A DNA stretch of 64,000 bases from Gammaproteobacteria bacterium (lineage in GTDB: Bacteria > Pseudomonadota > Gammaproteobacteria > QQUJ01): the NCBI GenBank assembly GCA_050287605.1, contig JBNKCG010000119.1, forward strand, positions 15,095 to 79,094, given 5' to 3'. Positions 49,577-59,356 of the stretch are shown piece by piece (position 1 is the first letter of the stretch; each line of letters starts with the position of its first letter). The translations under genes were made by a program, and so were the position numbers. The notes below the pieces were generated by a model that was given only the letters and a program-made list of their open reading frames with translations, did not search any database and was not told the origin of the DNA.

Positions 49577-50845
49577 ATGAGCCACAAACACGCCCCCTCC
49601 ACCTCTTGTTGCGATGACGTTCCCAGCAGCGGCACGCTGACCGTCGAACAAGCGTTGGAACGCGTGCAACACGCCGTGCCGCAGATTGCCGGCATCGAAC
49701 GCGTCGCCATCCGCGAGGCGTTGGGGCGGGTGTTGGCAGAAGACGTGCACGCGGCGGTGGATGTCCCCTCCCACACCAATTCCGCGATGGACGGCTACGC
49801 AGTCAACTCGGCTGATCTGCCCGACACCGGCGAGGCGAGCTTGCGCGTAGTCGGCACCTCGTGGGCCGGGCGTCCCTTCGAGGGTATCGTGGCGCGCGGA
49901 CAATGTGCCCGCATCTTCACCGGTGCGGCTGTGCCAGACGGCACCGACACGGTGCTGATGCAAGAGGCGGTCAAGCGCGACGGCGACACCATTACGCTGC
50001 AGGCGCGCCACCGGCCCGGCGAAAACGTGCGCTTTGCCGGCGAGGATCTGCCCCAAGGCGGCACCGTGCTGGAGGCCGGCCAATGGCTGCGTCCCGCCGA
50101 CATCGGCCTGCTGGCCTCGGTGGGCGTGCCCGAGGTCAATGTGCGGCGGCGGCTGCGTGTCGTCTTCTTCTCCACCGGCGACGAGCTGCGCTCCATCGGC
50201 GAAACGCTAGCCAAAGGTGAAATCTACGACTCCAACCGCTACACCCTCCACGGCATGCTGAAGCGCCTCGGCGTCGACCTCATCGACATGGGAGTGATCC
50301 GTGACGACCGCGAAGCCACCCGCCAAGCCTTTAGAGACGCCGCCGCCATCGGCGACGTGGTGATCACCTCGGGAGGCGTATCGGTGGGCGAGGCCGACTT
50401 CGTCAAGGAAACGCTGGATGAGCTGGGCAAAGTCGATTTCTGGAAGATCACCATGAAACCCGGACGGCCGTTGGCGTTCGGCTTTGTAGACGGCGCGGTC
50501 TTCTTCGGCCTGCCCGGCAACCCGGTCTCGGTGATGGTGACTTTCTACCAGTTCGCCCTGCCCGCCTTGAAGCGCATGATGGGGTGCCGCGACACCAGCA
50601 CCGCCACTTTCCGCTTGCCCGTGGTCGATGCGCTCAAAAAAGGCAAGGGACGGACCGAATTTCAGCGCGGCATCTTGGAACGCGATGCCAGCGGCCAGCC
50701 GGTGGTGCGCAGTACCGGCGAACAGGGCTCCGGGATTCTGAGTTCCATGAGCCGCGCCAACTGCTTCATCATCCTGCCGCGCGACAGCGAAGGGGCACAG
50801 CCGGGCGACGTCGTCGAGGTGCAGCCGTTCGACGGAATTGTTTAG
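49577..50845 (+). CDS. moeA: Molybdopterin molybdotransferase
   Basis: SAMDGYA, STGDEL, SGGVSVG, MKPGRP, GLPGNPVS. Confidence 0.96.
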   Translation: MSHKHAPSTSCCDDVPSSGTLTVEQALERVQHAVPQIAGIERVAIREALGRVLAEDVHAAVDVPSHTNSAMDGYAVNSADLPDTGEASLRVVGTSWAGRPFEGIVARGQCARIFTGAAVPDGTDTVLMQEAVKRDGDTITLQARHRPGENVRFAGEDLPQGGTVLEAGQWLRPADIGLLASVGVPEVNVRRRLRVVFFSTGDELRSIGETLAKGEIYDSNRYTLHGMLKRLGVDLIDMGVIRDDREATRQAFRDAAAIGDVVITSGGVSVGEADFVKETLDELGKVDFWKITMKPGRPLAFGFVDGAVFFGLPGNPVSVMVTFYQFALPALKRMMGCRDTSTATFRLPVVDALKKGKGRTEFQRGILERDASGQPVVRSTGEQGSGILSSMSRANCFIILPRDSEGAQPGDVVEVQPFDGIV

Positions 50846-50859
50846 ATACATACTTCTGA

Positions 50860-50983
50860 ACCACAAAGTACACGAACCACACAAAGTTACTTCTTCCACA
50901 ACTCCACACCCATCCGAGTGAAACGCTGCGCTTCCTTGCGGCTTTTTTGGGTTTAACTTCGTGAACTTTGTGTACTTTGTGGT
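50860..50983. repeat. REP/MITE-like element, copy 1 (30-bp imperfect terminal inverted repeats with 9-bp periodicity)
   Basis: ACCACAAAGTACACGAACCACACAAAGTTA ... TAACTTCGTGAACTTTGTGTACTTTGTGGT. Confidence 0.8.
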
Positions 50984-51016
50984 AAATCGCTTTTTAGTCT
51001 TTCGCCTTTGAACCCG

Positions 51017-54000
51017 ATGTCCAACTCCGAATACACCTCCGTCTTCGATCCCGAACTTCCCAGCAAGCCCGGCCAGTGCCTGACCTGGGGACGGCTGCCG
51101 GGCGCGGCCCCGGCGCTGGCCATCGCCAACGCGGCGCGCAGATTCCCGGGCCCGGTACTGGCGTTGGTGGACGATGCCGCGGACGTTGACCGCCTGGAGC
51201 GCGAACTGCAGGTCTTCGCCGCCGAACTGCCCATCCTCGCTTTCCCCGACTGGGAGACACTGCCCTACGACGTCTTTTCGCCCCACCCCGACATCGTGTC
51301 GCGCCGCCTGTGGACGCTGAGCCGCCTGCCCGCCCTGGAACGGGGCATCCTGGTGGTCTCCATCAACAATCTGCTGCATCGCCTCGCGCCGCGCAGCTAC
51401 CTGAGCGGCGCCAGCCTGGTGCTGGACGTAGGCGAGCGGCTGGATCTGGATGCCATGCGCGTGCGCCTGGAGGCGGGCGGCTATCACTGCGTGCCGCAGG
51501 TAGCGGAACACGGCGATTTTGCGGTACGCGGCTCGCTGCTCGACCTCTACCCCAGCGGCGCACCGCTGCCCTACCGCATCGATCTGTTCGACGACGAAGT
51601 GGAGTCCATCCGCACCTTCGATCCGGAGACCCAGCGCTCCCTGGACAAGGTAGACAAGGTCGAGCTGCTGCCGGCACGCGAGTTCCCCTTTACCGAAACG
51701 GCCATCCGCCAGTTCCGCCAAGCGTGGCGTAGCGCCTTCGAAGGCGATCCCCAGCGCAGCCAGATCTACCGCGAGGTAAGCAACGGCATCACGCCGGGCG
51801 GACTGGAGTACTACCTGCCGTTGTTCTTCGAAGCGACCGCCAGCCTCTTCGACTACCTGCCCGAGCACACCCTGCTGGTGGGACCGCAGACGCTGTTCGA
51901 TAACGCTGAGGGCTTCTGGAACGAACTGCAGGCGCGCTACGAACAGCGCCGCCACGACATCGAACGCCCGCTGCTGCCGCCGCGGCGTCTGTTCGTCGAA
52001 GTGGACGAGTTGCGCCACCACTGCAAACGCTTCCCACGCATCGCCGAACAGAGCTTTGAGGCCACCGCCGCCGCCGCGGTCAACCACGCCGCCGCCGCGC
52101 CACCCGCCTTGGCCCTTCAGCCGCGCGCCGCGCGCCCCGCCGGGATGCTGCAGGATTTCGTCGCCGGTTTCGACGGGCGCATCCTCTTCGCCGCCGAGTC
52201 GCCCGGACGCCGCGAAGTGCTGCGCGACCTGCTGCGCGACTGGGGCATCGACGCCGCACCGGTCGCAGATTGGCCGGCCTTCGTCGAGAGCTCGGAAGCG
52301 GTGGCGCTCACCGTGGCGCCGCTGGAGCGCGCCCTGCTGCTGGAAGCGCCGCGCCTGGCGGTGGTCACCGAGCCGCAGATCTTCGGCGAGCGCGCCGCGC
52401 AGCCACGGCGTCGGCGCGACAAACAGCGCGACACCGACGCCATCGTGCGCAACCTCACCGAGCTGCAATTGGGCGCACCGGTGGTGCACGAAGAGCACGG
52501 CGTGGGACGTTATCTGGGGCTGGAACGCCTCACGGTAGGCGGCATGGAAGGCGAGTTCCTCAAACTGGAATACGCCGGTGGCGACAAGCTCTACGTGCCG
52601 GTGGCTGCACTACACTTCATCAGCCGCTACACCGGCGCGGCACCGGAGGCCGCGCCGCTGCACAAGCTGGGTGGCGAACAGTGGGCCAAAGCCAAGCGCC
52701 GCGCCGCCGAACGGGTGCGCGACGTGGCGGCGGAACTGCTCGATCTCTACGCTCGCCGCGCCACCAGCAAAGGCCATGCGCTGCAACCGGTGGCAGACGA
52801 GTACGCCCAGTTTTCCGCCGCTTTCCCCTTCGAGGAGACCCCCGACCAGCAGGGCGCCATCGACGCCGTGCTGGAGGATCTGCAGCACGATCTGCCCATG
52901 GACCGGGTGGTGTGCGGCGACGTCGGTTTTGGCAAAACCGAGGTAGCGCTGCGCGCGGCTTTCATGGCCGCCACCGCTGGCAGGCAGGTGGCGGTGCTGG
53001 TGCCCACCACGCTGCTCGCCCAGCAACACTTCAACAACTTCAGCGACCGCTTCGCCGACTGGCCGGTGCGCATCGAGGTGCTGTCGCGCTTCAAGTCCAA
53101 GAAGCAGCAGGATGCCATCATGGCGGAACTGGCCAGCGGCAAGGTGGACATCGTCATCGGTACCCACAAGCTGCTGCAGGGTGGCATGAAGTTCAAAAAC
53201 CTGGGATTGGTGATCATCGACGAGGAGCACCGCTTCGGCGTGCGTCAGAAGGAGGCGTTCAAGAATCTGCGCGCCGACGTGCACGTGTTGACGCTCACCG
53301 CCACCCCCATCCCACGCACCCTCAACATGGCGCTGTCCGGGCTGCGCGACCTGTCGCTGATCAGCACCCCACCGGCGCGGCGTACCGCCATCAAGACCTT
53401 CGTCAGCGAGTGGAACGATGCGCTGCTGCAGGAGGCGTGCCTGCGTGAGATCAAGCGTGGCGGCCAGGTCTACTTTGTGCACAATCGTGTCGAGAGCATC
53501 GACAAAGTCGCCCAGCGCGTTGAGCAGCTGCTGCCCCAGGCCACGTTACGCGTCGCCCACGGCCAGATGCGCGAGAGCGAGCTGGAGCGCATCATGCTCG
53601 ACTTCTACCACCGCCGCTTCAACATCCTGGTCTGCACCACCATCATCGAAAGCGGCATCGACGTCCCCACCGCCAACACCATCGTCATCGACCGCGCCGA
53701 CCACTTGGGGCTGGCCCAGCTGCACCAGCTGCGCGGCCGCGTGGGACGCTCACACCACCGCGCCTACGCCTATCTGATCACGCCGCCGGCGCGCACCATG
53801 ACCGCCGACGCGGTCAAGCGTCTGGAGGCCATCGAATCGCTGGAAGATCTGGGCGCCGGTTTCATGCTCGCCAGCCACGATCTGGAGATCCGCGGCGCCG
53901 GCGAGCTCCTCGGCGAGGAGCAGAGCGGCCAGATGCACGAGATCGGCTTCACCCTCTACATGGAGATGCTGGAGCGCGCCGTTGCAGCGCTCAAGTCGGG

Positions 54001-54481
54001 CCGCCAGCCGGAGCTGGAACAGCCGCTGCACCGCGGCGCCGAGGTGGAGCTGGGAGTGCCGGCACTGATCCCCGAGGACTACCTGCCCGACGTTCACGCC
54101 CGCCTGGTGCTCTACAAACGCATCGCCAGCGCCGCCAACGACGACGAGCTGCGCGACATGCAGGTGGAGATGATCGACCGTTTCGGCCTGCTGCCCGAGC
54201 CGCTGAAACGACTGTTCGAGGTAACCCGGCTCAAGCTCAAGGCGCAGGTCCTGGGGGTCAGCAAAATCGAGGCGGGGGCCGCGGGTGGGCGTTTCAGCTT
54301 TATCGACAAACCGGACATCGACCCGCTGCGTGTGATCCAGCTCATCCAAACCCGGCCCGATGTGTATAAAATGGATGCCCAGCAACGGCTGCGCTTTATC
54401 CAGGATCTGAGCGATCCCACGCTGCGCGTGCAGGTCATCGACGATCTGCTCGACAGCCTGGCGCAACAAGCCGCGGCATAG
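51017..54481 (+). CDS. mfd: Transcription-repair coupling factor
   Basis: WETLPYD, CGDVGFGKTEVA, DEEHRFG, TATPIPRT, QLRGRVGR. Confidence 0.97.
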   Translation: MSNSEYTSVFDPELPSKPGQCLTWGRLPGAAPALAIANAARRFPGPVLALVDDAADVDRLERELQVFAAELPILAFPDWETLPYDVFSPHPDIVSRRLWTLSRLPALERGILVVSINNLLHRLAPRSYLSGASLVLDVGERLDLDAMRVRLEAGGYHCVPQVAEHGDFAVRGSLLDLYPSGAPLPYRIDLFDDEVESIRTFDPETQRSLDKVDKVELLPAREFPFTETAIRQFRQAWRSAFEGDPQRSQIYREVSNGITPGGLEYYLPLFFEATASLFDYLPEHTLLVGPQTLFDNAEGFWNELQARYEQRRHDIERPLLPPRRLFVEVDELRHHCKRFPRIAEQSFEATAAAAVNHAAAAPPALALQPRAARPAGMLQDFVAGFDGRILFAAESPGRREVLRDLLRDWGIDAAPVADWPAFVESSEAVALTVAPLERALLLEAPRLAVVTEPQIFGERAAQPRRRRDKQRDTDAIVRNLTELQLGAPVVHEEHGVGRYLGLERLTVGGMEGEFLKLEYAGGDKLYVPVAALHFISRYTGAAPEAAPLHKLGGEQWAKAKRRAAERVRDVAAELLDLYARRATSKGHALQPVADEYAQFSAAFPFEETPDQQGAIDAVLEDLQHDLPMDRVVCGDVGFGKTEVALRAAFMAATAGRQVAVLVPTTLLAQQHFNNFSDRFADWPVRIEVLSRFKSKKQQDAIMAELASGKVDIVIGTHKLLQGGMKFKNLGLVIIDEEHRFGVRQKEAFKNLRADVHVLTLTATPIPRTLNMALSGLRDLSLISTPPARRTAIKTFVSEWNDALLQEACLREIKRGGQVYFVHNRVESIDKVAQRVEQLLPQATLRVAHGQMRESELERIMLDFYHRRFNILVCTTIIESGIDVPTANTIVIDRADHLGLAQLHQLRGRVGRSHHRAYAYLITPPARTMTADAVKRLEAIESLEDLGAGFMLASHDLEIRGAGELLGEEQSGQMHEIGFTLYMEMLERAVAALKSGRQPELEQPLHRGAEVELGVPALIPEDYLPDVHARLVLYKRIASAANDDELRDMQVEMIDRFGLLPEPLKRLFEVTRLKLKAQVLGVSKIEAGAAGGRFSFIDKPDIDPLRVIQLIQTRPDVYKMDAQQRLRFIQDLSDPTLRVQVIDDLLDSLAQQAAA

Positions 54482-54506
54482 GCCCACTCAAGGAATCCCT
54501 GCCCCC

Positions 54507-55463
54507 ATGATCCAACGCGTTTTGCTGCTACTCATTGCCACGCTGGCGGCGCTCCCCGCGTCGGCGCAGGAATCCGAGCCGCGTTGGTACCAAGTGGAGA
54601 TCGTCGTCTTTCTCAACCAGACCGCCGCCCAGGTGACCCGTGAAGAGTGGTCGCGCGATCCCGGCCGACCGGATCTGCACGATGCGGTGACGCTGCAGCC
54701 CATCCCGGAGGCGGCGGCGGGCCTGGTGCCGTTCCAGTTGCTGCCGCCCGAGGATCTGGAACTCGGTGCACTGGCGGAGAAACTGCAGCGTTCGGGACAC
54801 TACCGCCCGTTGTTGCACACCGGCTGGCGCGAACCGGTGGCGGAGAACCAAAGCGAGTTCCCCCCGGTGCGCATCGAGGTGCCGCTGCAACCGCCTGCAC
54901 CCGACGCGGCAACGCTCGCTGCCGAAGCGCAGCCGACGGCGGACACGCCCGCCACCGCGCCGGGTGAGCCGCCGTCGCTGTCCCCTATTGGCGAGGCCGC
55001 CGCTGCGGAAGCCGCTCCGCTGGTGCCGGGTATCGAGGGCATCATCCGCCTGCGGGTCTCTCGCTACCTGCACCTGGACGTCGACCTGCTGTACAGCAAG
55101 GAGATGGCGCTGCCGCCGGAGATGATGCGCGCGCGCCAAGCGGCGGGTGGCATCGCGCCACTCAGCAGCGAAACCTCACCCGCGGCCCTGCAGGAGCCGT
55201 CGCTGGGATCCAACCTGATGGTCGATTTTCTGGGGATGCCGAGTACCTACCTGCAGTCGTACCGCCTCAACGAGGACCGCCGGCTGCGCCGCGACGAACT
55301 GCACTACTTCGATCACCCCATGTTCGGCGTACTGGCCAAGGTCTCGGCCTACGAACTGCCCGCCGCCGAAGCCGTCCCCGCCGTTGCTCCGGCCCAACCG
55401 GTGCAGCCCCCCGTCCCCGTCACCAACCCCGGCAAGGCGACCGCGCAGCCGTTGCGTCAATAG
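54507..55463 (+). CDS. csiV: CsiV-family peptidoglycan-binding protein
   Basis: Signal peptide, WYQVEIVVF, LLHTGWR, RYLHLDVDL, ELHYFDHPMFGVL; follows mfd. Confidence 0.82.
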   Translation: MIQRVLLLLIATLAALPASAQESEPRWYQVEIVVFLNQTAAQVTREEWSRDPGRPDLHDAVTLQPIPEAAAGLVPFQLLPPEDLELGALAEKLQRSGHYRPLLHTGWREPVAENQSEFPPVRIEVPLQPPAPDAATLAAEAQPTADTPATAPGEPPSLSPIGEAAAAEAAPLVPGIEGIIRLRVSRYLHLDVDLLYSKEMALPPEMMRARQAAGGIAPLSSETSPAALQEPSLGSNLMVDFLGMPSTYLQSYRLNEDRRLRRDELHYFDHPMFGVLAKVSAYELPAAEAVPAVAPAQPVQPPVPVTNPGKATAQPLRQ

Positions 55464-55471
55464 AAAGCTTC

Positions 55472-55609
55472 ACCACGAAGTACACAAAGTTACTGAATAA
55501 AACCCATGAGTGGTTTGCCGTGACGGCCCGTGAAGCCGCCACCGCTTACGTGGCCGCCATCCCCCCAATTTTGGGGTTATTACTTCGTGTACTTTGTGTA
55601 CTTCGTGGT
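55472..55609. repeat. REP/MITE-like element, copy 2 (19-bp perfect terminal inverted repeats)
   Basis: ACCACGAAGTACACAAAGT ... ACTTTGTGTACTTCGTGGT between convergent genes. Confidence 0.8.
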
Positions 55610-55626
55610 AAAAATGTTCTTGCAGC

Positions 55627-56367
55627 TTACAGCGTCGGAATCACTTCCGTCAGCAGCCGCTTCACCTTCTCCATCCCCGATTTCAGGTTGCGATCGATGT
55701 CTTCCATGGTGATGGTGCCCGGCGCACGCCCCGCGGCCCAGTTGGCCACCACGGCACAGGTGGCGTACTCCAGTTCCAACTCGCGGGCCAGCGCCGCTTC
55801 CGGCATGCCGGTCATGCCGACGACGTCGCAGCCGTCGCGCTCCAACCGCCGGATCTCGGCGGCGCTCTCCAGGCGCGGTCCCTGCGTGGCACCGTAGACG
55901 CCGTTCTCAACGGCATCGATGCCGGCCTGACGCGCACCGGTGATCAGCAATTGGCGCAGCGACTCGGTGTAGGGATAGGTGAAGTCGATATGCGTGACTT
56001 CCGAAAGGTCGGTTTCGAAAAACGTGCTTGCCCGCCCCCAGGTGTAGTCGATGATCTGGTCGGGAAAGGCAATCTGTCCGGGCGCCATGTCGGAACGGAT
56101 GCCGCCTACGGCTGCCACGGCGACGACGCGTTTGACGCCGATGTGCTTCAGCGCCCAAAGGTTGGCGCGGAAGTTGACCTTGTGCGGCGGGATGGTGTGG
56201 GCCGAACCGTGGCGCGGCAGAAACACCACTTCGTGGCCCTGCAGCGCGCCGCGGCGCAGCGCCGCCGACGGCGGACCGTAGGGCGTGTTGACTACCTCTT
56301 TGCCGGTCTGCTCAAGATTGCTGAGCGAGTTGAGACCGGTACCGCCGATAATCGCCACTTCCGCCAT
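55627..56367 (-). CDS. S-methyl-5'-thioinosine/thioadenosine phosphorylase
   Basis: AIIGGTG, FLPRHG..HTIPPHKVN, QGPRLES, GMTGMPE, VVANWA; start at ATG 56367. Confidence 0.9.
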   Translation of the reverse strand: MAEVAIIGGTGLNSLSNLEQTGKEVVNTPYGPPSAALRRGALQGHEVVFLPRHGSAHTIPPHKVNFRANLWALKHIGVKRVVAVAAVGGIRSDMAPGQIAFPDQIIDYTWGRASTFFETDLSEVTHIDFTYPYTESLRQLLITGARQAGIDAVENGVYGATQGPRLESAAEIRRLERDGCDVVGMTGMPEAALARELELEYATCAVVANWAAGRAPGTITMEDIDRNLKSGMEKVKRLLTEVIPTL

Positions 56368-56378
56368 TGATCCAATCC

Positions 56379-56939
56379 TCAACTGTCGCGCAAGGCGTAG
56401 ATGCCCGCTGCGCTGCGTAGATAGTCCTTGTAGTCCATGCCGTAGCCGAAGACGTAGCGGTCGGGCACATCGAGTCCCGAGTAATCGACACGAATCTCCG
56501 CCGGGCGCCGGTCGTGCAACTTGGTGACCAGTGCCGCGCTGCGCACCTCGGCCGCGCCTTCCGCGCGTAGATACTCGACGATGGCCTGCAGGGTGAGCCC
56601 CTCGTCGAGGATGTCGTCCACCACCAGGACGCAACGGTCGCGCACCGCGACGCTGGGGCGCGTCAGCCAGTAGAGGCTGCCGCCGCGTACGCCGCCGCGG
56701 TAGCGGGTGGCGTGCAGGTAGTCGTATTGGAAGGGAAACTGCAGCCGCTCCACCAGTTTGGAGGCAGGCAGCATACCGCCCAACATCACGCACAGCAGCA
56801 ACGGATCACGATCCTGGAGATCGCGCGCGATGGCGGCGGCCATGCGATCCAACGCCGCCTCCACCTCATCGCGCGTGAACAGGCACTCGGCCTCTGCGGC
56901 CACTCGACGCACCTCATCCAGTATCGCGCTCATGCGCAT
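56379..56939 (-). CDS. Hypoxanthine-guanine phosphoribosyltransferase
   Basis: VLVVDDILDEGLTL PRPP loop, YVFGYGMD. Confidence 0.9.
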   Translation of the reverse strand: MRMSAILDEVRRVAAEAECLFTRDEVEAALDRMAAAIARDLQDRDPLLLCVMLGGMLPASKLVERLQFPFQYDYLHATRYRGGVRGGSLYWLTRPSVAVRDRCVLVVDDILDEGLTLQAIVEYLRAEGAAEVRSAALVTKLHDRRPAEIRVDYSGLDVPDRYVFGYGMDYKDYLRSAAGIYALRDS

Positions 56940-57038
56940 CTCCGGCTCAACGGCTCAAAGGGGGCGATTATAGAGAGAGGATCGCAGCGAGGCCATACAA
57001 CGGGGACCGCGATCAAGGTGAGCCTATCGACACTCCGG

Positions 57039-57455
57039 TCAAGCGGCACTCAACTGGTACAAATGCGCAGCGCAACCGGCGCGGCAATCGGTGGCCCCGA
57101 AGCCGCGCACCGGCACGCTGACGCCGGTCGTTTCCGCCAGCGTGCGCGACACGGCGCATTCGTTGGACCCGGGCAGCAGCTCCGCATCGGCAATGCGGGC
57201 GTAGCGATGGCTCAGTAGCGCGTCGATATGCCAGTGGCCGCTTCCGGGCTTGTGCTGTGCCGTGCGTAGATGGCGTGCCACGCGCTGGCGCAATCCGCGC
57301 CGTGCGCTGCCCACATAGCAGTAACGCCCCGCCTCCAATCGCACCTTTCCCAACCGACCGGGTACGATGATAGCGGGACGCGTCAGAGTGATCAGTAGAC
57401 AGTAGGCACCGCTGTTGCTGCACTCGTCGCCGACGCTGCCCGGCGGACGCGTCAC
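57039..57455 (-). CDS. GIY-YIG nuclease family protein (DUF123-like)
   Basis: GAYCL, GRYCYVGSA, RVARH, HWHIDAL, GFGATDC..C..HL; GTG start overlapping the PilZ stop. Confidence 0.8.
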   Translation of the reverse strand: MTRPPGSVGDECSNSGAYCLLITLTRPAIIVPGRLGKVRLEAGRYCYVGSARRGLRQRVARHLRTAQHKPGSGHWHIDALLSHRYARIADAELLPGSNECAVSRTLAETTGVSVPVRGFGATDCRAGCAAHLYQLSAA

Positions 57456-57859
57456 GCGGGAAAGTCTTCCGCGTGGCGTTCGATCCACTCCACTGCCGCT
57501 TGCTCTCCGCTCAGGCGCCGCCCCTCCTTGCTCTGCACTTCGTGTTTGTAGTGCTCGATCTGGCACGCCTGCTCAACCATGCGCACGGCGAAATCGGTCT
57601 CCTCGTCGCGGAAACGTACGCCGATTTCGTAATCCCCGTCCGCGGCAACACACCACACCACGACGCCGTCGGCCTCAAAGGGCAGGCCATGCAGCGCGAT
57701 GGTGATGTGCAGGATAGTGCCGACGGCGAGTGCATCGGCGTTGCGAAAACAGAGGCCGCCGTGGCCCACGTTGCGCATCAGTTCGCGGCCGCCCCACGAA
57801 CGGTCGGCGAGGCAGTAGCGCAGCGGTATGTCGGTGGGATGTCTGAGGTAGTGGCGCAT
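57452..57859 (-). CDS. PilZ domain protein
   Basis: RHYLRHP (RxxxR) and NVGHGG (D/NxSxxG variant). Confidence 0.82.
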   Translation of the reverse strand: MRHYLRHPTDIPLRYCLADRSWGGRELMRNVGHGGLCFRNADALAVGTILHITIALHGLPFEADGVVVWCVAADGDYEIGVRFRDEETDFAVRMVEQACQIEHYKHEVQSKEGRRLSGEQAAVEWIERHAEDFPA

Positions 57860-57937
57860 GGGGTGTCGGCACAATCCGTGTCCGCCTCCGTGGGTATTTA
57901 TCCCTAAGACTAGCTCACCGTACCGCCGACGCCTGCG

Positions 57938-59260
57938 TCAGCTCCCCGGCTCTTTGGAGAGCCGCTTGCGCAGCCGCCCCACACCGAAGAACACCGCCGC
58001 CACTACCAAGGGGATGGAAGCGCCGGTCACCAAATCGGTGTCAATAGCCAAACCCGCCGCCTTGAGCGCCTTGGCGAGATACCCCACCAGCCCCACCGAG
58101 TAGTAGCTCAGCACCACCACCGACAGCCCTTCCACGGTCTCCTGCAGACGCAACTGCAGGTGGGCGCGGCGGTCCATGGAGGCCAGCAGATCGCGGTTCT
58201 GTTGCTCCAACGCCACGTTGACCCGGGCTCGCAGCAGGCTGCCGGCCCGCCCCACGCGGTCGGCCAGCCCGGCCAAGCGTTCGCTGACCGACTCGCAGGT
58301 ACGCATCGCCGGCGCCAGACGGCGCTCCATGAACTCGGAAAAGGTCTGGATACCCTGGACGCGCTCTTCGCGCAGTTCGCTGATGCGCCGCGAGGCCAGC
58401 GCGTAGTACGCCCGCGCCGCGCTGAAACGGTAGTCGGTGGCCGAGGCGATGCGCTCCACCTGCGCCGCCAAGCGCGACAGCTCCGCCAACAGCTGCTGCT
58501 CGTCCTCCAGCGCGTGGATCTCGGTGATGCGCTGGGTGAGCGCGACCAACTGCTCGTCGATGCGCGTCACATCGCGGCCGTAGCGCCGCGCCTCGGGAAA
58601 GGCCAACAGCGCCAGGATGCGATAGGCTTCGATCTCCACCAGGCGCTGCACCAGGCGTCCCACCTGCCGCACGCGTAGATCGAGATCCTCCACCAACAGG
58701 CGGCTAAACCCGTCGCTGTGGAGACGAAAATCGGTCCACGCCTTGGCCGCTCCGCCGGCCACCACGCTGCCAGCCACGGTGTTGCCGCTGAACAGCGGGG
58801 CCAGTTCGGCCAGTTCACGCGCCCCGTTGCGGCGATCCTCTACCGCCACGTGGATGGCCACCAGCGCCTCGCCGGGCAGTTTTGCCAGCCAATCGGCGGG
58901 CACCTCGTCGATCACCGGCGCGGCGAAGGGCTGCGCAAACTCGCCCAGTTTGATGAACCCGTAGGAAGAGAACTCCGTATGGCGCTCCCAGCGCAGGCGA
59001 AATACCCCGAGATCGACGCTTACATGCGAGGCCCCTTCAGGCGGGCCAGCAACGCCGTAGCGACGGCACAGCTCGCACACCGCCTCCCACTCGGTGCGCG
59101 CCGCGGCCTCACCCGAATGCAAGGCGACAAACGAGGCGCGCGCCGGTGGGGGCATCATCTCGTAGGGACGCGCGTGCATCTCGTCGGTGAGTGTGCGGCG
59201 TAGCGGGTGTTCGCCGACGCCGGGTAACAGCTCGGCGGCGCAGGGTTCGGTAAAGCTCAT
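57938..59260 (-). CDS. DUF3422 family membrane-anchored protein
   Basis: EMHARP, WERHTEF, RLAPAMRTC, QETVEGLSV. Confidence 0.85.
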   Translation of the reverse strand: MSFTEPCAAELLPGVGEHPLRRTLTDEMHARPYEMMPPPARASFVALHSGEAAARTEWEAVCELCRRYGVAGPPEGASHVSVDLGVFRLRWERHTEFSSYGFIKLGEFAQPFAAPVIDEVPADWLAKLPGEALVAIHVAVEDRRNGARELAELAPLFSGNTVAGSVVAGGAAKAWTDFRLHSDGFSRLLVEDLDLRVRQVGRLVQRLVEIEAYRILALLAFPEARRYGRDVTRIDEQLVALTQRITEIHALEDEQQLLAELSRLAAQVERIASATDYRFSAARAYYALASRRISELREERVQGIQTFSEFMERRLAPAMRTCESVSERLAGLADRVGRAGSLLRARVNVALEQQNRDLLASMDRRAHLQLRLQETVEGLSVVVLSYYSVGLVGYLAKALKAAGLAIDTDLVTGASIPLVVAAVFFGVGRLRKRLSKEPGS

Positions 59261-59356
59261 CGGTCGATCGTTATCCGTCGGTTGCAGGCTGGGGCGATTC
59301 TACCGCGGGTGGGTTACGATAGCCGCCCCCGACCGAGCGGACCGACGACGTTATCC

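Noticed and set aside
50207-52498. 763-aa minus-strand ORF spanning moeA, the repeat and mfd
   Set aside because: Antisense to two conserved genes; no recognisable domain
50860-55609. CRISPR interpretation of the 9-bp periodic repeats
   Set aside because: Repeats are inverted arms, not direct repeats with spacers; no cas genes
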